Shown: positions 61,424 through 64,000 of the stretch, piece after piece | Layout: the number at the start of each line of letters is the position of its first letter | How positions within the stretch are numbered: the first letter of the stretch is position 1 | Assembly (NCBI GenBank): GCA_900088475.1 | Contig: FLMG01003947.1 | Location: forward strand, 151,151 to 215,150 | Length of the DNA stretch: 64,000 bases | Reading direction: 5' to 3' | Source: Hyphochytrium catenoides | Lineage: Eukaryota; Protista; Hyphochytriomycota | Notes under the pieces: model-generated | What the model was told of the DNA's origin: nothing | What the model saw: the letters and a program-made list of their open reading frames with translations, nothing else | Database searches by the model: none | Translations under genes and position numbers: made by a program

Positions 61424-63079
61424 ATGGTTGCTAATCAACTTTACCTACTGCTGGTGATACACTACTTTTGCCTGAGATTGGTCGCTTCTGCACCTTCCTT
61501 TTATTGGGGTGTGGCCTCCGGCGATCCTGACGAGACCTCGGTAGTTCTATGGACCAAGATCTATGGGCCAAACGCTACTTCCAATGCCAAAGACGAGACA
61601 GTAATTTGGGAAGTGGCCAAGTCTAGTGACATGACGGATACGTTCTCGGACGTTGTCAAAAGGGGCACGTTCTCAACAAACGGTAGTGTTGACTGGACAA
61701 TAAAGCTTGTGGTGGACGGCTTAGAACCAGGCACTACGTATTACTACCGGTTTCAAGACAAGGACGATACCATCAAGTCCCCTATCGGGCGGACCCGTAC
61801 ACTCCCAGAAGCCGACGACGCGTCTTTCAGTAAAGTACAATTCGCCGTCGCCAGTTGCATACTCTACCAGGGAGGATTCTTCACCCCACTAGACCATATG
61901 CCGAACCGATCTAGAGACATCTTCGGTGTAATTTTCTTGGGGGACTTCATCTATGAATACGGTCCAGGCGGGTACGGTGAAGGCAGCGCTATTAGTAGAC
62001 TTCCAGATCCGCCTACTGAGACAGTAAACATTACGGCCTACCGGACCCGGTATGCTCAGTATCGCAACACCACGTCTATGGTCGAAGCTATGCGATGGTT
62101 TCCTTGGTTCATGGTATGGGATGATCATGAGTTTGCAAACAATGCGTGGGAGAATGGTGCGAAGAACCATGAACCAAGCAAAGAAGGACCCTGGCCAGAG
62201 CGCAAAAATGATGCCATCAAGGCCTATTTGGAATATACGCCTGTTCGACCAAAAGCAGATGCGAGTGGCAACACTATCATCTATCGCAGCTTCCGATTCG
62301 GGAAGTTGACAGAGCTCATAATGACAGACACGCGTGCCTATGGAAGAGACGAGATACTGATGAACCCTGAGGAGATCACCCAACAAAACAGGACGATCCT
62401 CGGATGGAACCAGGAGGATTGGCTCTTTGATACCCTGAAAACCGCTGAGACAGATGGAGTCCTGTGGAAAGTGATTGGTAATCAGGTTATCTTCTCAGCG
62501 CTCAAGGTGGAAACAGTTGCCTTCATTGATGAGACCATCCTGAAGGACTCATGGAATGGTTACCCCTCCAACCGTAAACGCGTCAAGTCCCATATAGCGA
62601 AAAATAAGATAAGAAACGTCTTGTGGGCAACGGGGGACATTCATACCTCATGGGCAATCCAAGTCAAATATTCTCCAGATGAAGACGAATGGGGTTATTT
62701 TGACGATGACGCCAAGTCAATTGGTTGGGAACTGGTCACACCATCAATCACCTCACCTATTCCTATTAACTCTGAACTGCTGGCTAGCACGGCAGAGACT
62801 ACCATCACCACGTTGGAGCCGCAAGTAAACTGGCTGGACCTTAGACACCATGGCTATTACGTCCTTACACTGACGCCTGACCATTTTGAGGCGGAGTGGT
62901 TCTTTGTGGAATCTGTGAAAGAAGCAAACACCAACATTTTCTCTGCCAAAACTATAAACCAAGGCGTAAATGATACTGGGGTAGCCGATAGTAACGGTGC
63001 TGGAATGACAATCTCATATTATCCGCTTTTGTATGGCTGTCTTTCTATAGTGAGCTGGCACTTGTCCCGCGTCCTTTAG
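61424..63079 (+). CDS. phoD: Alkaline phosphatase D family protein with signal peptide and probable GPI-anchor signal, intronless
   Basis: GVASGDP, GLEPGTTYYYRF, SPIGRTRTLP, ASC, FLGDFIYEYG, WDDHEFANN, DTR, DSWNGY and TGDIHTSWA. Confidence 0.95.
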   Translation: MVANQLYLLLVIHYFCLRLVASAPSFYWGVASGDPDETSVVLWTKIYGPNATSNAKDETVIWEVAKSSDMTDTFSDVVKRGTFSTNGSVDWTIKLVVDGLEPGTTYYYRFQDKDDTIKSPIGRTRTLPEADDASFSKVQFAVASCILYQGGFFTPLDHMPNRSRDIFGVIFLGDFIYEYGPGGYGEGSAISRLPDPPTETVNITAYRTRYAQYRNTTSMVEAMRWFPWFMVWDDHEFANNAWENGAKNHEPSKEGPWPERKNDAIKAYLEYTPVRPKADASGNTIIYRSFRFGKLTELIMTDTRAYGRDEILMNPEEITQQNRTILGWNQEDWLFDTLKTAETDGVLWKVIGNQVIFSALKVETVAFIDETILKDSWNGYPSNRKRVKSHIAKNKIRNVLWATGDIHTSWAIQVKYSPDEDEWGYFDDDAKSIGWELVTPSITSPIPINSELLASTAETTITTLEPQVNWLDLRHHGYYVLTLTPDHFEAEWFFVESVKEANTNIFSAKTINQGVNDTGVADSNGAGMTISYYPLLYGCLSIVSWHLSRVL

Positions 63080-64000
63080 GTCGAGAGGGACGCATAATGA
63101 CCCTAAGACAAATAAGTTGTGAACCTATCAATGTCCGTGTTAAGCCATAACTCTTATGACTCAAGGCCAATTGCTATTGGGGGCCCAACAGATCTTCCCG
63201 TGGTAGTATGATTTGCGATTTTTTATAGATCGCTCCCTCCTCACACTAGCCTTCATCAAATAAACTCCCGCCACCGCAGAAGGTTATCCTAGGGTCCGAT
63301 GCGGTACTCAAGAGACTCCCTAGATCTCTTCACATTTGCTTTGACGACATTATGCTGTTACGAGTGCCAGATAGACGGGATGCTGTGAAACAAGTGGTAG
63401 GACCTTTCAACTCATACGGCCTTGGTAAAATAATTGCTGTACGAGTAGGATACATTGGGAAGTGTTTGTAAACATGTTTCACAGCTTCTCGGCCGGCCGC
63501 CAAATCATCCATGTGGGCAGTGTTGGCAACTTTTTTTTTAAGCTTATTAAGTGATGCAACTTTTTGAGAGTCAATGCACATCATGGCCTGTCAGGATCTC
63601 AAGAAATATGCATGCACATCATGGCCTGTAGATCGGCCAAGGGATAAGTTCTTCCGCTGCGTAGCTGTACGGCGCCATGTGGGACCCTAATCTGGACGCT
63701 TGAAATCGCTGTTGTATTGAGTTGCGTCACTTTAGTGATGCAATTATACTTGACTACAGTATAGAAAATGAAAGGGCCGTTAGCGGCTGAGCTTAGAGGT
63801 GTTACGTCGGCTGTTACTTTTCAGAAGCTTTTGAGACTGAAGTCCGACGCAATAATTGCGTGACTCTGGGGCAGAGTTCAGGCCCTGAGCTCATAACTCT
63901 AAGTTTCTCTTGGCACACTGAGTCTTTGGAGTTTTATGGCCTGGCACGATTTGTCTCTGCCATACTTCATTACTTTCTTTATCATTTTCTAATGTCCCTC

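Noticed and set aside
61889-62386. Antisense or overlapping ORFs within PhoD, GARS, VPS13 and Stealth
   Set aside because: These are shadow frames of real coding sequence.

Overview
Intron-containing eukaryotic nuclear DNA: roughly balanced GC, short GT-AG introns, (GA)n microsatellites and one N gap. The gene content suggests a protist or alga, most plausibly a stramenopile; this is an inference and the organism cannot be fixed from this window. Recognisable genes are: a multi-exon tandem cyclic-nucleotide-binding protein, caleosin/peroxygenase, a Stealth-family phosphotransferase, an F-box-like/ankyrin protein, PNGase A, a small spliced membrane protein missed by the ORF track, glycyl-tRNA synthetase with WHEP domains at both ends, a secreted Cu-only SOD, a ~10 kb VPS13-like lipid-bridge gene, a PX protein, a GPR1/FUN34/YaaH transporter, a dehydrin-like peptide, a PAN/Apple protein split by one in-frame TAA, a ubiquitin-like protein fused to a hydrophobic tail, and a probably GPI-anchored PhoD. 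Intergenic DNA holds decayed ORFs and a ~200 bp-arm inverted repeat. The most unusual architecture is the VPS13-like protein, which has an N-terminal membrane anchor, EF-hands and a terminal C2 domain. No rRNA, tRNA or CRISPR array was seen. All domain calls come from motif recognition by eye; no searches were run.
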